DNA of 63,792 nt, filler included, from Chiloscyllium plagiosum (GCF_004010195.1; 4 parts of 2 records of this genome joined end to end with filler, not necessarily neighbours in it); one strand, 5' to 3'. Shown: positions 25,340-38,198, numbered from the whole stretch's first letter. Translations and numbers: made by a program. The notes: a model not told the origin generated them from the letters alone.

Positions 25340-25465
25340 TTTTATGTGGAAGGGTCACTGGACTCGAAATGTTAACTCTGTTTTCTCTCAATAGATGCTG
25401 AGCTTCTTCAGCAATTTCTGTTTTTGGTTCGGACTTCCAACATCCGCAGTCCTTCATTTTATTAT
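25340..25465 (+). mobile_element. PLE-derived family D terminus
   Basis: GGAAGGGTCACTGGACTCGAAATGTTAACTCTGTTTTCTCTC. Confidence 0.7.
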
Positions 25466-25509
25466 TGCACACAAAGTGTTATTTTTTAAGAGACCTACAT
25501 TAATAGGCT

Positions 25510-26005
25510 TTATATCGTCAGGGACCCCCATATCTATGGAAGGATTCACCGGCCTTGGAAGGGGGTCCAGAGGAAGTTTGCAAGAATGATCCTGGGGATG
25601 AAGGGTTTGTCATATGGGGAGGCGTTGAGGACTCTGGGTCTGTACTTGAATGGAGTTTAGAAGGATGAGGGGGAACTGATTGAAACTTACTGAGAAGCCT
25701 GGATAGAGTGGATATGGAGAAGAAGTGGGAGTGACCAACAACTGAGAGTACAGCCTCAATGTAAGGGATGACCTTTTAGAACTGAGATGAGGGAGTATTT
25801 CTTCAGCCAGCGTATGGCTAATCTGTCGAACGCATTGCCATTGAAGGCTGTGGAGGTCAAGTGTGTATATAATCAAAGATAGTTAGGTTCGTGATTCGTA
25901 ATGGGATCAAAGGTTACAGGGAAAAGGCAGGAGATGGGGTTGAGAAACTCATCAGCCACGGCTGAATGGTGGAGCACTGAATGGTCTAATTCTGTTCCTG
26001 TATCT
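25510..26005 (+). mobile_element. CR1-like LINE 3' end
   Basis: GTCCAGAGGAAGTTTGCAAGAATGATCC...TTTAGAAGGATGAGGGGG...TTTAGAACTGAGATGAGG. Confidence 0.7.
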
Positions 26006-26299
26006 TACTTATAATGGAGTTTCTGGGAGGAAAGTTTGTGTTTAACTGGATCTGAATGGCAGAGACAGGGAGAAACTCATCAGTTTGAATGGTCACTGTT
26101 TCTCATTTCTTGGATGATAAACAACCAGAGCTTTTGAATCTGCTTAGGTTGATACCCCTCTGTAGCCAATGTGACTTGAACCCGGGCATCCTAGTTTAGA
26201 GGAAGGGAAACTACCTCTGCACCACAAGGGCCCTAGTTTCCAAATCTCCCAGGCCTCTCATATTAAGTACACATAAAACAGAGTCAATGTACCATTTAT

Positions 26300-26410
26300 A
26301 GTTCTGTTGTGGTACAGTGGTAGTGCCTCTGCCTCTGGCCTGGGTTCAAGTTGCACCTGCTCCAGATCTGAAAAAACATCTCTGAACAAGCTGCTTAAAC
26401 ATGTCTAAAA
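26300..26410 (+). mobile_element. Short (~120 bp) tRNA-derived SINE, second family
   Basis: TGTGGTACAGTGGTAG (A-box) and GGGTTCAAG (B-box); related copies at 26130-26232(-), 28090-28330(-) and 32652-32766(+). Confidence 0.6.
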
Positions 26411-26739
26411 GCAAGAAATAATTAAATGTTTAATCCTTCCTTGCTATAAGACTTGGAGGTGCAGCTACTGTAAATAGGGAATTCAAGGAACTCTAATCCC
26501 ACCCCGGTGATTAACACGTCCATCCAGTAGCAGAATTAATGGACTGGTTGCCTGGTTGAGATGTCCCTCATTGAGGTTTTCCCAGTGGTCTCTGTGTCCT
26601 GGTCAAAATTAGCCTCAAACTACATCCACCCAAATCAGAACTTCGAACAAAGCATGCTGGAGAAACTCAGCAGGTCTCACAGCACCTGTGGCAACAACAA
26701 GAAAATTAATGTTTCAAATCCAAACTGTCCTCTTCAGAG

Positions 26740-27370
26740 AAGGCAAATGGTACGTTGGCCTTCATCGCAAGGAGATTTGGATACATGAACAACTGTGTTT
26801 CACTGAATTACATGGAGAAACCACATGTGGAGTATTGTGCACAGTTTTCATATCCTTATGGAAGGAAGTATATACTTGCCATTGAGGAAGTGCAGTGGAC
26901 GGTTACCGCACTGATCCCTTGATTGACGGGATGGGTGTAGGAGGACGGACTGATAAAAATTGACCTGTACACACTAGAGTTTTGAAAAAATGAGGGAGAG
27001 AGTCATAGAATCATGTCTGAATTGAAACTTGCAAAATTGTCACAGGCTTTACCAGGGTAGATGTCACAGGCTTTACCAGGGTAGATGTCACAGGCTTTAC
27101 CAGGGTAGACGTTTTCACTGGATAGTGAGTACCGAACCAGGGAACATTACCTTAGAGTATAAGGCAAGTCACTTAAGACAAATGAGGAAAAATTTCTTTA
27201 CCCAGAGGTCTTTGGAAGCTCAATCATTAAATACGTTCAAGTCAGAAATCACCAGGTCTCTGGAGAATACTGAGGTCAAGAGGTCATGTGGGAAATTGGT
27301 TTTGAGGTTGGTGATCAGTCATAATCTGTTTGAATTGCAAAGCAGATTCAAAGGGCAAAATTACCAGCTC
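26740..27370 (+). mobile_element. CR1-like LINE fragment containing 3 x 24-bp tandem repeat (27038-27109)
   Basis: MRKNFFTQR motif; TGTCACAGGCTTTACCAGGGTAGA x3. Confidence 0.7.
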
Positions 27371-27391
27371 CTAAACCTACCATATCCATTT

Positions 27392-27640
27392 TCATCATTA
27401 CAGAGTCCCTACAGTGTGGAAGCAGGCCATTCAATCTATGCTGACCCTCGAAAGAGCATCGTACCCAGGGCCCATAACCCAGCATTTCCCATGGCTAACC
27501 CACTTAGCCTGCACAGCTGCAGGCTGTGGGAGGAAACCCACACAGACACAAGGAGAATGTGCAAACCCCACCCAAAGTCACTCAAGGTTGGAACTGAACC
27601 CAAGTCCCTGACACTGAGAGGCAGCAGTGCTAACCACTGG
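27392..27640 (-). mobile_element. Diverged HE1-like SINE
   Basis: CTACAGTGTGGAAGCAGGCC...GAGGCAGCAGTGCTAACCACTG. Confidence 0.75.
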
Positions 27641-28180
27641 GCCTGTTATGGAAATGTGTTTGGCCAATAACCAGCTCCAGCTGGTTAGGCCAATTAAACC
27701 AGGGGAAGAGAAACAGGGAAAGTGTTAATGGCAATTTTAAAGCAAAGTCAAGAGTATACACCAAGGAGAGTCATAATATCATTTTGTGTCTGAGCATGAT
27801 AGGGACCAGAAATCTGCTAAACTAAATGATCTTCAAGATCAAACATAAGAGGTTTTGGCAATTAACCAATTGATAGGCTCAACGATGCAAATTACATTGA
27901 TTGATCTGTCTTTGCACTGGTTTAAAATATTATGTAGGTTGAATTATTTCTCTAACATGTTTAAAGGACAATAAGCACTACCTCTGTTAAAGAATCTTAC
28001 ATTGCATGCCACTGAATACTGACACCTATTTTGCGTGCATGTCCTAAGTAATATTTAATCAACACTGATTAATATAACTATTTCAGTCGATCCAATCTGT
28101 TCAGACTTCCTATGACACCCCTCTGGGACAGGTAGAATTTGGACCTTCTGGCCCAGAGATAGGGCACTACAACTCCACTA

Positions 28181-28311
28181 GGAGAAAGTGAGCACTGCAG
28201 ATACTTGAGATCAGAGTTGAGAGTGTGGCGCTGGAAAAGCACAGCAGGTCAGGCAGCATCGGAGGAGCAGGAGAATCGATGTTTTGGGCAAAAGCCCTTC
28301 ATCAGGAAGGG
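28181..28311 (-). mobile_element. PLE family A terminus with TSD, inserted in a short SINE
   Basis: GGAGAAAGTGAG...GGGCAAAAGCCCTTCATCAGG; TSD CTACAACTCCAC at 28167-28178 and 28312-28323. Confidence 0.85.
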
Positions 28312-28639
28312 CTACAACTCCACCATAAGTTCAGAAAATAAAGTTTAAATAATTTCCCTCAAAGGATTTAATCACTCAAGAATGACAGGTCAGTGGTATT
28401 ATGTCGTGTTGTTTTAGAATGATCTGAGCTATACGCAGAGACTAGAACCTTTCATTTGGCAGAAATAAAAAACTAAACGTTACAGCAGGTGTTTCAAAGA
28501 TGTAACTAAATGTCTTTATTTCCAGTTGAATTGGTAAAATAGTCACCATGGGCACTAACCTAGTTAAGTGAAAGCATTACAAATAATTCCATTGATGATG
28601 CTGTAATCTGATTAGTGACAGCTTTGGTGGGGGAACGTT

Positions 28640-28940
28640 TAGATTAGATTAGCTTCCCTACTGTGTAGAAACAGGTCCTTTGGCCCAACCAGTCCACACC
28701 GACCCTCCGAAGAATAACCCATGCAGACCCATTTCCCTCTGACTAATGCATCTAACCCTACAGGCAATTTAGCCTGGCCAATTCACCTGACCCGCACATC
28801 TTTGGACTGTGGGAGGAAACCGGAGCACTCAGAGGAAACCCACGCAGACACGAGGAGAATGTGCAAATTCCACACAGACAGTCACCCAAAGCTGGAATCG
28901 AACCTGGATCGTGGTGCTGTGAGGCAGCAGTGAGCCACCA
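28640..28940 (-). mobile_element. HE1-like SINE
   Basis: (TAGAT)n tail, GGAATCGAACC (reverse B-box), GTGAGGCAGCAGTG. Confidence 0.85.
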
Positions 28941-28945
28941 TGAAG

Positions 28946-29105
28946 GCTGAGAGACCGCCATATCTGGCCGGTACATCACCACACTGGGCCGAGAAACCAT
29001 CACACCAGACCAGGAGACCATCACACCGGGCCAGGAGACCACCAGACCAGGCCAAGAGACTGCCACGCTGGGCAGAGAGATCGCTGGGCTAGGCCGAGAG
29101 ACTAG
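28946..29105 (+). repeat. Degenerate 21-bp minisatellite (~7.5 copies)
   Basis: Unit ~CCAGGAGACCATCACACCGGG. Confidence 0.75.
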
Positions 29106-29167
29106 GCAAAAGTGAGGACTGCAGAAGCTCCCCCCCCCCTCCCCATTTAGCTCTCCACCCTGCCTCC

Positions 29168-29203
29168 ATTCCTGATGAAGGGCTTTTGCCCGAAACGTCG
29201 ATT
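29168..29203 (+). ncRNA. Minimal type I hammerhead ribozyme motif (PLE family A, within fold-back 29104-29262)
   Basis: attc-CTGATGA-A-GGGC tttt GCCC-GAAA-CGTC-gatt. Confidence 0.75.
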
Positions 29204-29747
29204 TTCCTGCTCCTCGGATGCTGCCTGACCTGCTGTGCTTTTCCAGCAACACATTCTTAATCAACAACATGACATTCCACTCTGTTATCAGTCAAAAACA
29301 GATTGTTCATTCCTGACAGAAATTATATATCCATTTCCAATTTTCACTCAACGCAGACAAAGAGAAACTAAAGCAAACAGGAAAGGATGTCGTTTAACAA
29401 CATTGAGGGATTAAGGAATAACAGAGCAACACACAATTCTTCTTTGAAGATAGATATCTAAACCAGGATGACTGATAGCAGTGAAACGTAAATATTACTA
29501 ATCCTTTCAACAAATCATTTGAAATCTATGGGCAGGTGAGGGAAACTGATCACATTCAAAGGAATTTGGATAAATTAAATTAATGGATTAAGGATGACTG
29601 ATTCAACAACTTCAATGAACATGTCAGGACAGCTGCCATGTTACTACAGGTAAATGTGAACTTTCCTGATGATGCTCTGTCACATTAAACAAAATTCTAC
29701 ACTGATTACAATTGTTGTCACTGCCAAAACATGTCTTCAGAATGCAA

Positions 29748-30870
29748 GTCATAAAGTCATGCAGCATGGAAACAGACCCTTTGAAACCAACCAGTCCACG
29801 CCAACCATGTTCCCAAACTAAACCAGTCCCACCTGCCATTTCTCTCCACATTGAAAAGAGTGGTGTTGGAAAAACACAGCAAGTCAGGCAGCATCTGAGG
29901 AGCAGGAGAATTGACATTTCGGGCATAAGTCCTTCATCATTCCTGAAGAAAGGCTTATGCCTGAAACGTTGATTCTCCTGCTCCTCGGATGCTGCCTGAC
30001 CTGCTATGCTTTTCTAGCGCCACACTTTTCAACTTTGACCCCCCCCCCCCACCTTCTGCAGTCCTCACCATATCTCTCCAAATTTTTCCTGCTCATGTAC
30101 TTATCCAAATGTCTTTTCAATGTTGTAATTGTACATGCATCCACCACTTCCTCTGGCAGTTCATTCCATACATGAACCACTTGCTGTGTAAAAGAGTTGC
30201 CCATCATGTCCTTTTTAAATCTTTCTCCTCTCACTTTTAAAATATGCCCCAAATCGTGAACTGCCCCACCCTAGGGAAAAGGCCCTTGTCATTCACCTTA
30301 TCTATGCCTCTCATGATTTTATGAACACTATGAGGTCACTTCTTAATTTCCTATGCTCCAGTGAACAATGTCCCAGCCTTTCTAGTCTATTTTTATTTCT
30401 CAAACCCTCCATTCCGAGCAACATCCTGATAAATCTTTCCTGAACCCTCTCCATTTTAATAATATCCTTTCTGTAGCAGGGTGACCAGAACTGCACAAAC
30501 AGTACTCCAAAAGAAATCTCATCAATGTCCTATACAACCTCAACATGACATCCCAAATCCTATAATCAAAGGTTTGCTAAATGCCTTCTTAAACTCTAGG
30601 TATCTCTGTGCTACAACACTATCCAGGGCCCTACCATTAATTAGTTAATTAATTAATTAATTAATCCTGTCTTTATTTGTTTGACCAAAATGCAATACCT
30701 CACATTTATCTAAATTAAACTCCATCTGCCACTCTTCAGTCCTTTGACCCAATTGATCAAGATATCTTGTAATTATAAATGATCATCTTCACTGGGCACT
30801 TTAACACCAATTTTGATGTCATCCACAAACTTACTAACCATGTCTCCTATATTCTCATCCAAATCTTTAT
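29748..30870 (-). mobile_element. HER1/CR1-like LINE 3' portion
   Basis: QFWSPCYRKDIIKMERVQERFIRML and FTQQVVHVWNELPEEVVDA. Confidence 0.85.
29849..30067. mobile_element. PLE family A fold-back with TSD
   Basis: Inverted arms around CTTCATCATTCCTGAAGAA; TSD CCATTTCTCTCCA/CCATATCTCTCCA at 29836-29848 and 30068-30080. Confidence 0.85.
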
Positions 30871-31008
30871 AGAAAGCAAAACTTCTGCTGTACTGAATTT
30901 AATCTAACTCAGCTCCTCTGCATATGCTGACTGCAGCATTATGCCTGAAAGCTTTAACTCTGCCTGAAATTTCAAATTAGCAGTGCATTTATTTTTCACA
31001 AGGATTCT

Positions 31009-31313
31009 GGTATGGTGGCTCAGTGGTTTGCACTGCTACCTCACAGCACCAGAGTCCTAGGTTCAATTCCAGCCTTGGGCGACTGTCTGTGTGGAGTTTG
31101 TACATTCTCCCTGTGTCTGCGTGGGTTTCCTCTGCATGCTCTGGTTTCCTCCCATGAAGATGTGCAGGTTAGGTGAATTGGCCATACTAAATTACCTGTA
31201 GTTTTAGGTGCATTAGTCAGAGGGAAATGGGTCTGGGTGTGTTACTCTTTGGAGGGTCAGTGTTGACTGGTTGGGCTGAAGGGCCTGTTTCCATACTGTA
31301 GGAATCTAATCTA
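31009..31313 (+). mobile_element. HE1-like SINE
   Basis: TGGCTCAGTGG, GGTTCAATTCC and AATCTAATCTAA tail. Confidence 0.85.
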
Positions 31314-31434
31314 AAATAAAATTTTAACAGGATTGTTACTTTCATTATGGTGATGCAATGTTAAATTGATTAACTTGATCTTGAGTGTCTGTTGAACATC
31401 CATCAAAATACAATGTAGAAGAATATAGAATAAA

Positions 31435-31571
31435 AAAAGCTGAAAGCACTGCAGATGCTTCAAATCAGGAAATAAAAAACAGAAATTGCTGGAAAAGTTC
31501 ACCAAGTCTGGCAGCATCTGTGGAGAGAAATCAAAGTTAATGTTTCGGGTCCAGTGACCTTTGCTCAGAAT
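31435..31571 (-). mobile_element. PLE-derived family D terminus
   Basis: Reverse complement reads TTCTGAGCAAAGGTCACTGGACCCGAAACATTAAC. Confidence 0.7.
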
Positions 31572-32524
31572 TTGCTTAGTCCTTCCTTCCTGAGAAGAAT
31601 ATAGATTAAGAGCTCCTAATTGTTTGATCATTGCAGACAAAATATTGAATGCAGCAATAAAAATCATGTTAGGGTATAAAAGAATACACCGATTAAAATG
31701 TCACAACTATCCTTGCAAGTCTCACCTTGCTGGTAGATGCTAAAGTTACAAGATTAAAAGCTGGTTTATTCATGAGCACCAAACATGTCACATTACCGAA
31801 CTGCCCACTGACACAAATAGGGCGAACAAAGAAACAATGCAATCATCAAGTTAGACTTTAAGTATTGGCAACAAGAACAGACTCAATGTCTTGAATGCTG
31901 ATTGTGTGATTGTAGATAATTGAATTCTTGGAATTAAGACAGACGTGTAGTTTTCAACTATTCCATCAGTTGATCTCTTAGAAAGACTGAACCATAATTT
32001 CCCTTTGAATAGTGTCCAATATTCAGTTGTTATTGTAGACAAATTCAGAATCAATATGAAAAATAAAGCAGGACTTTGCTATAAGCTGTCCCTGATAATA
32101 TTATCAAGTGTTCCAACTTTCTGATGTAATTTCTATTAAACCCTGGATATCTGCCCAAATGAAATTATAATTAGATTTTAGTGGTGTACGGTCGTGAGTC
32201 GCATTTTCCTTGAGCATTATTTTCACATTTAGCATTAATTAGAATTAAGTTGCCAGTGTTGCTCAGAACCAGAAAAGATAAAATTGAATCGAAAAGGCCT
32301 CAATGCGCCATGTTAAAAGTCATCTAGATTCCACAATTTCTCCCACTAATTTATCTGATTTGTTCTTCTGTCACTCCTACTCTCCAATCTAGGCTTTCTG
32401 TTCTCAGCTTTGCCTTTCTTACCCTCTTCCAACACTTCCAATTTCACTATTCATTTAGCCTCAATTACACTTTCCTACAGCTAACTGCCAGGGCACTTTT
32501 GGGTCATTATAAGTAGGCTATGGA

Positions 32525-32643
32525 GAAGGGCCTGTGCCCGAAACGTCGAATCTCCTGTTCCCTGGATGCTGCCTGACCTGCTGTGCTGTTCCAGCAATAA
32601 AGTTTCAACTTTGATCTCCAGCATCTGCAGACCTCACTTTCTC
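32525..32643 (+). mobile_element. PLE family A terminus, 5'-truncated inside the hammerhead
   Basis: GAAGGGCCTGTGCCCGAAACGTCGAATC...CTCACTTTCTC; 7-bp flanking duplication CTATGGA. Confidence 0.8.
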
Positions 32644-33036
32644 CTATGGATGGCTATTGTGGTATAGTGGTAATGACCCCACTCTGACACAGGAGACCCA
32701 GGTTCAAGTCCCACCTGCTGCAGAGATGTGTGATAACATCCCTAAATAAGTTGATTAGAAAATATCTAAGTAGTTCTCTGTTCCCTTACCCATGCAGAGT
32801 TCCTGCTCTCCTACTTGCAATCCAAACTTTCATTTCCACCAGGTGAAACCATCTTCTTTCTTCCATTCTATTTGGTAAATCTTTCCAAATATTCTAACAA
32901 TTTCAGCCAGCTCCCCCTCAGTGGAATTTTCCATGGAACCCATGCGGTGGCTGATTTCTTTAATTGATTAATTAACTTCAGGAACTGGCTCAAAGCAATT
33001 AATTTCTAATTGATCAGTGGCATAAACATTTGATTT

Positions 33037-33285
33037 CATAGGATCCTTACAGTGTAAATGGAGGCCATTTGGTCCATCAGGCTGATATACTGAAGAGCAT
33101 TTCACCCGCTCTCCATAACCCCATATTTACCACAGTTAACTCACCTAAGCGGCATACTACAGGTCAATTTAGCATGACCAAGCCATCTTTGGTGGGACGA
33201 AACCAGAGTTCCCAACAGAAAGGCTGGAATTGAACCCAGGTCCCTAGCACTGTGAGATAGCAGTCCTAACCATTGAGCCACTGTA
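33037..33285 (-). mobile_element. Diverged HE1-like SINE
   Basis: GGAATTGAACCCAGG and CTAACCATTGAGCCAC. Confidence 0.7.
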
Positions 33286-33569
33286 CTCTTGCGGTGCAGT
33301 TCCCTATCTCTCAACCAGAACGACTTTGTTCTGGCCTCACTTACCATAGAGGTAATTGACCTTGTAACCTTTAAGGAACAAACAAGTTACATAACTGCAA
33401 CCTAGCAGAACTGTGGATTACATGACCTACCATATAAAAAGACTACAGATGAATTCCACTGTCAGTATCCTTCTTGTTATATGGATCCTGTTTGGTCTTT
33501 TTAACTCAACCTCATATTGTTCTGATCTCTTCAAGAATGCTCACATATTCTTTACCTCTGTTGTGTCAC

Positions 33570-33770
33570 GTGGAATAACACAAAAATAGTATATCTGGTC
33601 ATCGGTTCATTGCTTTGTGGAACCTTTATTGCAAGTAAATTGACCACCACATTTCCTACAGTACAGCCTACTATAGTACTACAGTACATTTCCTACTATA
33701 TTCAAAAAGGCACATCTGTGGCTGTGAAAAGACTTGTCCCATCCTGAAGTTGTGACAGGAGCTCTATGAT
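33570..33770 (+). mobile_element. Deu-domain SINE fragment
   Basis: TATCTGGTCATCGGTTCATTGCTTTGTGGAACC...AAATTGACCACCACATTTCCTACA; similar to 63165-63588. Confidence 0.55.
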
Positions 33771-34319
33771 TTAGATGAGGGAATTAAACGTAATATCTCA
33801 ACATTTGCAGATGATACAAAACTGATTGGAAGGATGAGTTGTGAGGAGGTTGCAGAGATTTGGATAAGCTGGGTGATTGGGCAGATACACGGCAGATGCA
33901 TTATAATACAGATAAATATGAGGTTAGCTTACATATGCTTCTGTAACCACAATTTCTTTAATACAGTTTTTGTGACTTAACTTTAGAATTAATGGATTTT
34001 TGTATGCATTAATAGGGTTTTGCAACTGAACACAATACATATGCTCCAATTCAGGAGGTCAGGAGACAATTTATTTAAGCTTAAGGGAAATATTCATAGC
34101 CTAAAGAAAGATCTTTATTTCAGGCTTATTGCAATTCTAAGCAGTCTTGCAAAATCCTGGGATGAAGATAGCTGTACAAACTGGTGTTCCTCTGAAAGGT
34201 AGGATGTAGTGAAACTAGATGATCTTAGAGTAAAGAGTTAATGATAGTGCCTGATGAGAAATATTGGGAGAAAATCCTGAAGAGATTACATAAAGCTGAA
34301 TGTGTTTAAGTTCAGGTGT

Positions 34320-34942
34320 GTCATATCTCCAGGAAGAAGTAATCTGCAGTTTCAGGAGTAACGATGCTGTTACTTTAACAAGGTTATTTTGTTCTTGGTT
34401 TTCTCGAAGAGAGGTCGTAAAGGCAGAGGTGCCAATGAGTCTAGTTTAACAATGGAAGGGGAGCAGCCAGTTCTCCCAGTTCAGGTTTTTTCTATGTTTT
34501 TTCTTGCTGTAGCAGTCACAAGATTTGATGTCCAGGGGTGTTGCAAGCTTTAGTAAAGGATTCCTCTGACTTTCTCCAAGACCTCTCTCTGGATATTGTT
34601 CCCTCTATCTTTAAGAATCTGTGTTTGAATTTACCTTGGTGCCAAGGGGTGTGTTTATAGGATGTTACTGAATTGTAACAGTTAATTAGTAATAGTTACT
34701 GTGTCAGGTCAGTCAAGTTTTCCAATAGTTAAGGTATTCTACTTAAGGTATTCTAAGTTCCACTTTTTTTCTGTTTCAACTGTAGTGCTTAAATAAATTC
34801 TGTTTTGCTTAAAGCCAAGTAGTTTGACCAGTTACATTTCACCTGGAACATCCAATTCACATCAGCCGTTAAAACAAGAAAAAGTTAAAGTCTAGACTAC
34901 CTTCTTAAAGTATTTTGAGGGGGTCTGGCCTGATCCATACAC
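34320..34942 (+). mobile_element. LTR-like segment (solo LTR candidate)
   Basis: AATAAA at ~34792, ends ...GGGGGTCTGGCCTGATCCATACACA; no TSD confirmed. Confidence 0.4.
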
Positions 34943-35989
34943 AGGTTCTGTGCTAAGTCACAAGTGACTTCGACTTATCAAGAGTTTAGAGAAACGTACT
35001 GTACTCTCACTGTAGTCTAAGTGGTGAATTTGAGTACTATACACATGCTGTTGTTTTTCTTTTCATTTGATAAAAGTGTGTTTGGCATTCGTTGGAGTAT
35101 ACTATTAATGTTTGTTTAAAAAGCTCTGAATTTGTGTTTATAAGTAGGTATTCTGATTTATTTTGTTTTGTCTTCATTTCTCTTGTTAATAACTTCTGCT
35201 TCATTAAAATCTTCAACATCATGTGCTTATGTTTCGTAAGAGCCCACAAAACAAGACATGATCTATCAAGCCAGATTTCAGTCTGACATCTGATTTGCCT
35301 GGCAACAATGAAAGCTGAGATCATTTTATAAGTTACACTTATTGTACATGCAAGGATGCCTGCAACTATCTAGCTTGGAAAAAGACAATTAAGCTAGACT
35401 CAGGAATACATGAAGGAACCGTATCTCTGTTTCTGACTGACAAACAGCAGACAAATAGAAAGAAGAAAGGATTGGCAACAGCAAGGACTGGAAGACTCTC
35501 TGCTTTTTCCCCTCTCCACATCTTAAAAGCCAGCACCAGTGATAAAACAAATCAGAGAAACATTCAGTCACAGAGAACTCAAGAATTTTTCACTGCTGCT
35601 GAGGACACACAACAGCAACCATATAGCCATGGTCTCAGGTTCAATTGCAGCAACTCAAGGACTGTAAAAACCTTTAAAACTACATTTTATTGTCTCCCCA
35701 TTGTACTATATACTCTCCCCTTTAAAACTTGGTGTATGTGTGTGTTTATCTGTGTGTGTGTGTGTTTGTATGTGTGTGTGATATTGAGTTTTATTATTTT
35801 TCCTGACAGTGAGAAAGTGACAAGATTCCACTTCCTTACAACATGCAAACACTGTAATTCGCTCCTTAATTTCGACTCATGACATGTTTTAATTGAAGTA
35901 CAATTTAGCAGCATCTTTAAAGAACCACACATCTTTGTTGCGGTCTGGAGTCTTAAAATGGTAAAATGTCCCAATTTCTTGGTCATGCT

Positions 35990-36735
35990 TTCGTAGTGCA
36001 GGGAGAAATAATGTTCCAAAAATTAAAGGCATTGTCTTTGGAAGAATTAAGAGTGGTAGCTAGTCACTCAGAACCTGATTTCAACATTAAATGCCTGAAG
36101 AATCAATTGTCATATGGGTGGCCAAGTAACTTGAGGTGGAAACTGAGGACAGTGAAACAGATAAAATATAATTGGAACAGTTAAAATTAGAACTAGAATT
36201 CTAACAGGAAAATAGAGGAAAGATAATTCTGAGAAAGACCGAATTCAGGAAATGGAAAATAAAAGAGAAATTTGAGACATCTTGATTTGCAAACAGGTAA
36301 TATCTCTAGTGAGGGAATTCACTCCAAACCCAGATTTAAGGACTGAAATATGAAAATTGCCCATTTAGTGCCTAGATTTGAAGATGAAAAGTTGAATATA
36401 TTTTAATTTCTTGAGTAATTCACATTGCCAGTTCAATCATGGAGAGTTTTTTTGCAAAGTAGGCTGACCCGGGCAGTTCACGGGGTTTATTCTCTCTTAC
36501 CTGCGGAAAGTGCCGCCAATAATGAGGCATCAAAAGAGGCTATTTTAAGTTAGTGCCAAAGGTAGTCAGACAAAAGATCTGTGATGTCAAACATCAGCCT
36601 GATTAGACAAACCTGGAATTTAAATGACTTAAGTAGCTCACTGTTGACTGATAGGTATGGGCTCTTAAAATTCTCTTTGGAAAACGTCAAAAACTCAATA
36701 CCCTTTCCAATTCAGATGCATCAAGAGGAACAGAT
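35990..36735 (+). mobile_element. Gmr1-like Gypsy gag remnant
   Basis: Decayed LVPRFEDE...LQSRLTR.VH.VYSLL...KEAILS, resembling SCAN-associated Gypsy gag. Confidence 0.55.
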
Positions 36736-36749
36736 AATAGCAGGAACAA

Positions 36750-36868
36750 ATTACTGCAGATGTTGAAATCTGTACTGGAAACAAATGCTGGAGATCACAA
36801 TGGGTCAGACAGCATCCACGGAGAAACAGGAAGCTAATATTTTGAGTTTAGATGACTCTTCATCAGAG
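36750..36868 (-). mobile_element. PLE-derived family C terminus
   Basis: Reverse complement CTCTGATGAAGAGTCATCTAAACTCAAAA; matches 39497-39593. Confidence 0.7.
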
Positions 36869-37352
36869 ACTCGGTAATATCAGGATCCAGACAGACAGAC
36901 AGACCTTTTGTTGACCATTAGTTAACATACAGCCCCATAACATGATGGAGATTGGAATCTGGAAGTTGTCACATACCGAACAGTGTTAAGGCCAAAGTAA
37001 GTACCCTGGGATGAACTGGCAAGTAAGGGTAAATCAGGCAAAGAAAGTCAAACTATGGACAATATTTAAGGAAAGGATCCTGAAATAACTCCACAGAGAC
37101 TGGTATCCTACCAAGTCACCCTTTATTTACATGTGGAAAGTGAACTGGTTCAACTCCCTGAGAGCCAGCTCTCAGAGTGAACAGAACCTCTGACACTCCT
37201 GTTTTCATCTGTTGGCCCGGGCTCCCTTATGGACCAGATTAACAGCCCCAGTCAGAGAACTCACATTCTATGAGGTCCATCTGGCTGACTTTGTTACAAT
37301 CAGTACGTCACTCCCACACTGAGCTCTTGGAAATAGGCTGGTTCTTTTACTT

Positions 37353-37573
37353 GGAGAAAGTGAGGACTGCAGATGCTGGAGATCAGAGCTGAAAAATGTG
37401 TTGCTGGAAAAGCGCAGCAGGTCAGGCAGCATCCAAGGAGCAGGAGAATCGACGTTTCAGGCATAAGCACCTTCCTCATTCCTGAAGAAGGGCTTATACC
37501 TGAAACGTCGATTCTCCTGCTCCTTGGATGCTGCCTGACCTGCTGCGCTTTTCCAGCAACACATTTTTCAGCT
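37353..37573. mobile_element. PLE family A fold-back with perfect 15-bp TSD
   Basis: About 90-bp near-perfect inverted arms; TSD CTGGTTCTTTTACTT at 37338-37352 and 37574-37588. Confidence 0.9.
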
Positions 37574-38198
37574 CTGGTTCTTTTACTTATAGTGCCTCCT
37601 GGAGCATTTTAGCACCAGGTCAGGTTCCTTCGACACTGTGTCGGATACAGGCAGCCTATAACAGAGGTTCTCAGGAGAAATTCACTCTCTTCTTCTGGTG
37701 GCAAAGGTGTTTATCTGGTGAGATCTGGTGTGTCCATCTCAGATTCCAAGGTTTCTTCAACACTTGACAGGCAAGGAGAACCCACGGGTACTGACAGCCT
37801 GTCTGACTGTTCTGAAGAGAGGACACATTTTGCTCCTGCACTGTTTGCAAGTTTGTGGCTTTTGTACGGTCCACATTGTACCCGAACTTCATATGTCTCT
37901 GGTCCTGACCTTGGGTCAACCGCACCTCTTAACCATGCAGAGCCATTCCTGCGGTTCCTACACCAAACTCTGCTCCTTGTCGTAAACTGTCTCTCTTGCT
38001 TGGCAAAGTCTGGCATTCAGCATTAGCGTTCCTGATGCCTCTTCACCTTCCCCCTTCAGGTCCGGGAACATCAGGTTTAACCTTGCAGAGGACCTTCTCC
38101 CCATGAGCAGCTTTGCTGGAACCTGAGGGGTGGTTCTAAACTCTAAGAGCAACCGGGACAGTTTAACATCTAGTGAAGCAGGAGGCTGTTTCTTCAAG

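Noticed and set aside
27029..27670. 213-aa ORF with RCHRLYQG repeats
   Set aside because: Chance frame across a 24-bp tandem repeat, a CR1 fragment and an antisense SINE
28946..29105. CRISPR-like array
   Set aside because: No unique spacers, degenerate tandem units and eukaryotic context
28758..29270. 170-aa minus-strand ORF
   Set aside because: Spans a PLE terminus, a minisatellite and an HE1 SINE; recurring peptides such as LEKHSRSGSI are repeat translations
30638..30665. Natural (TTAA)n run
   Set aside because: Simple microsatellite expansion within a LINE; unrelated to the gap spacer
37353..37573. miRNA precursor or classical MITE interpretation of the hairpins
   Set aside because: Arms are PLE termini with variable junctions and long, variable TSDs, not fixed TIR/TSD elements or conserved pre-miRNAs
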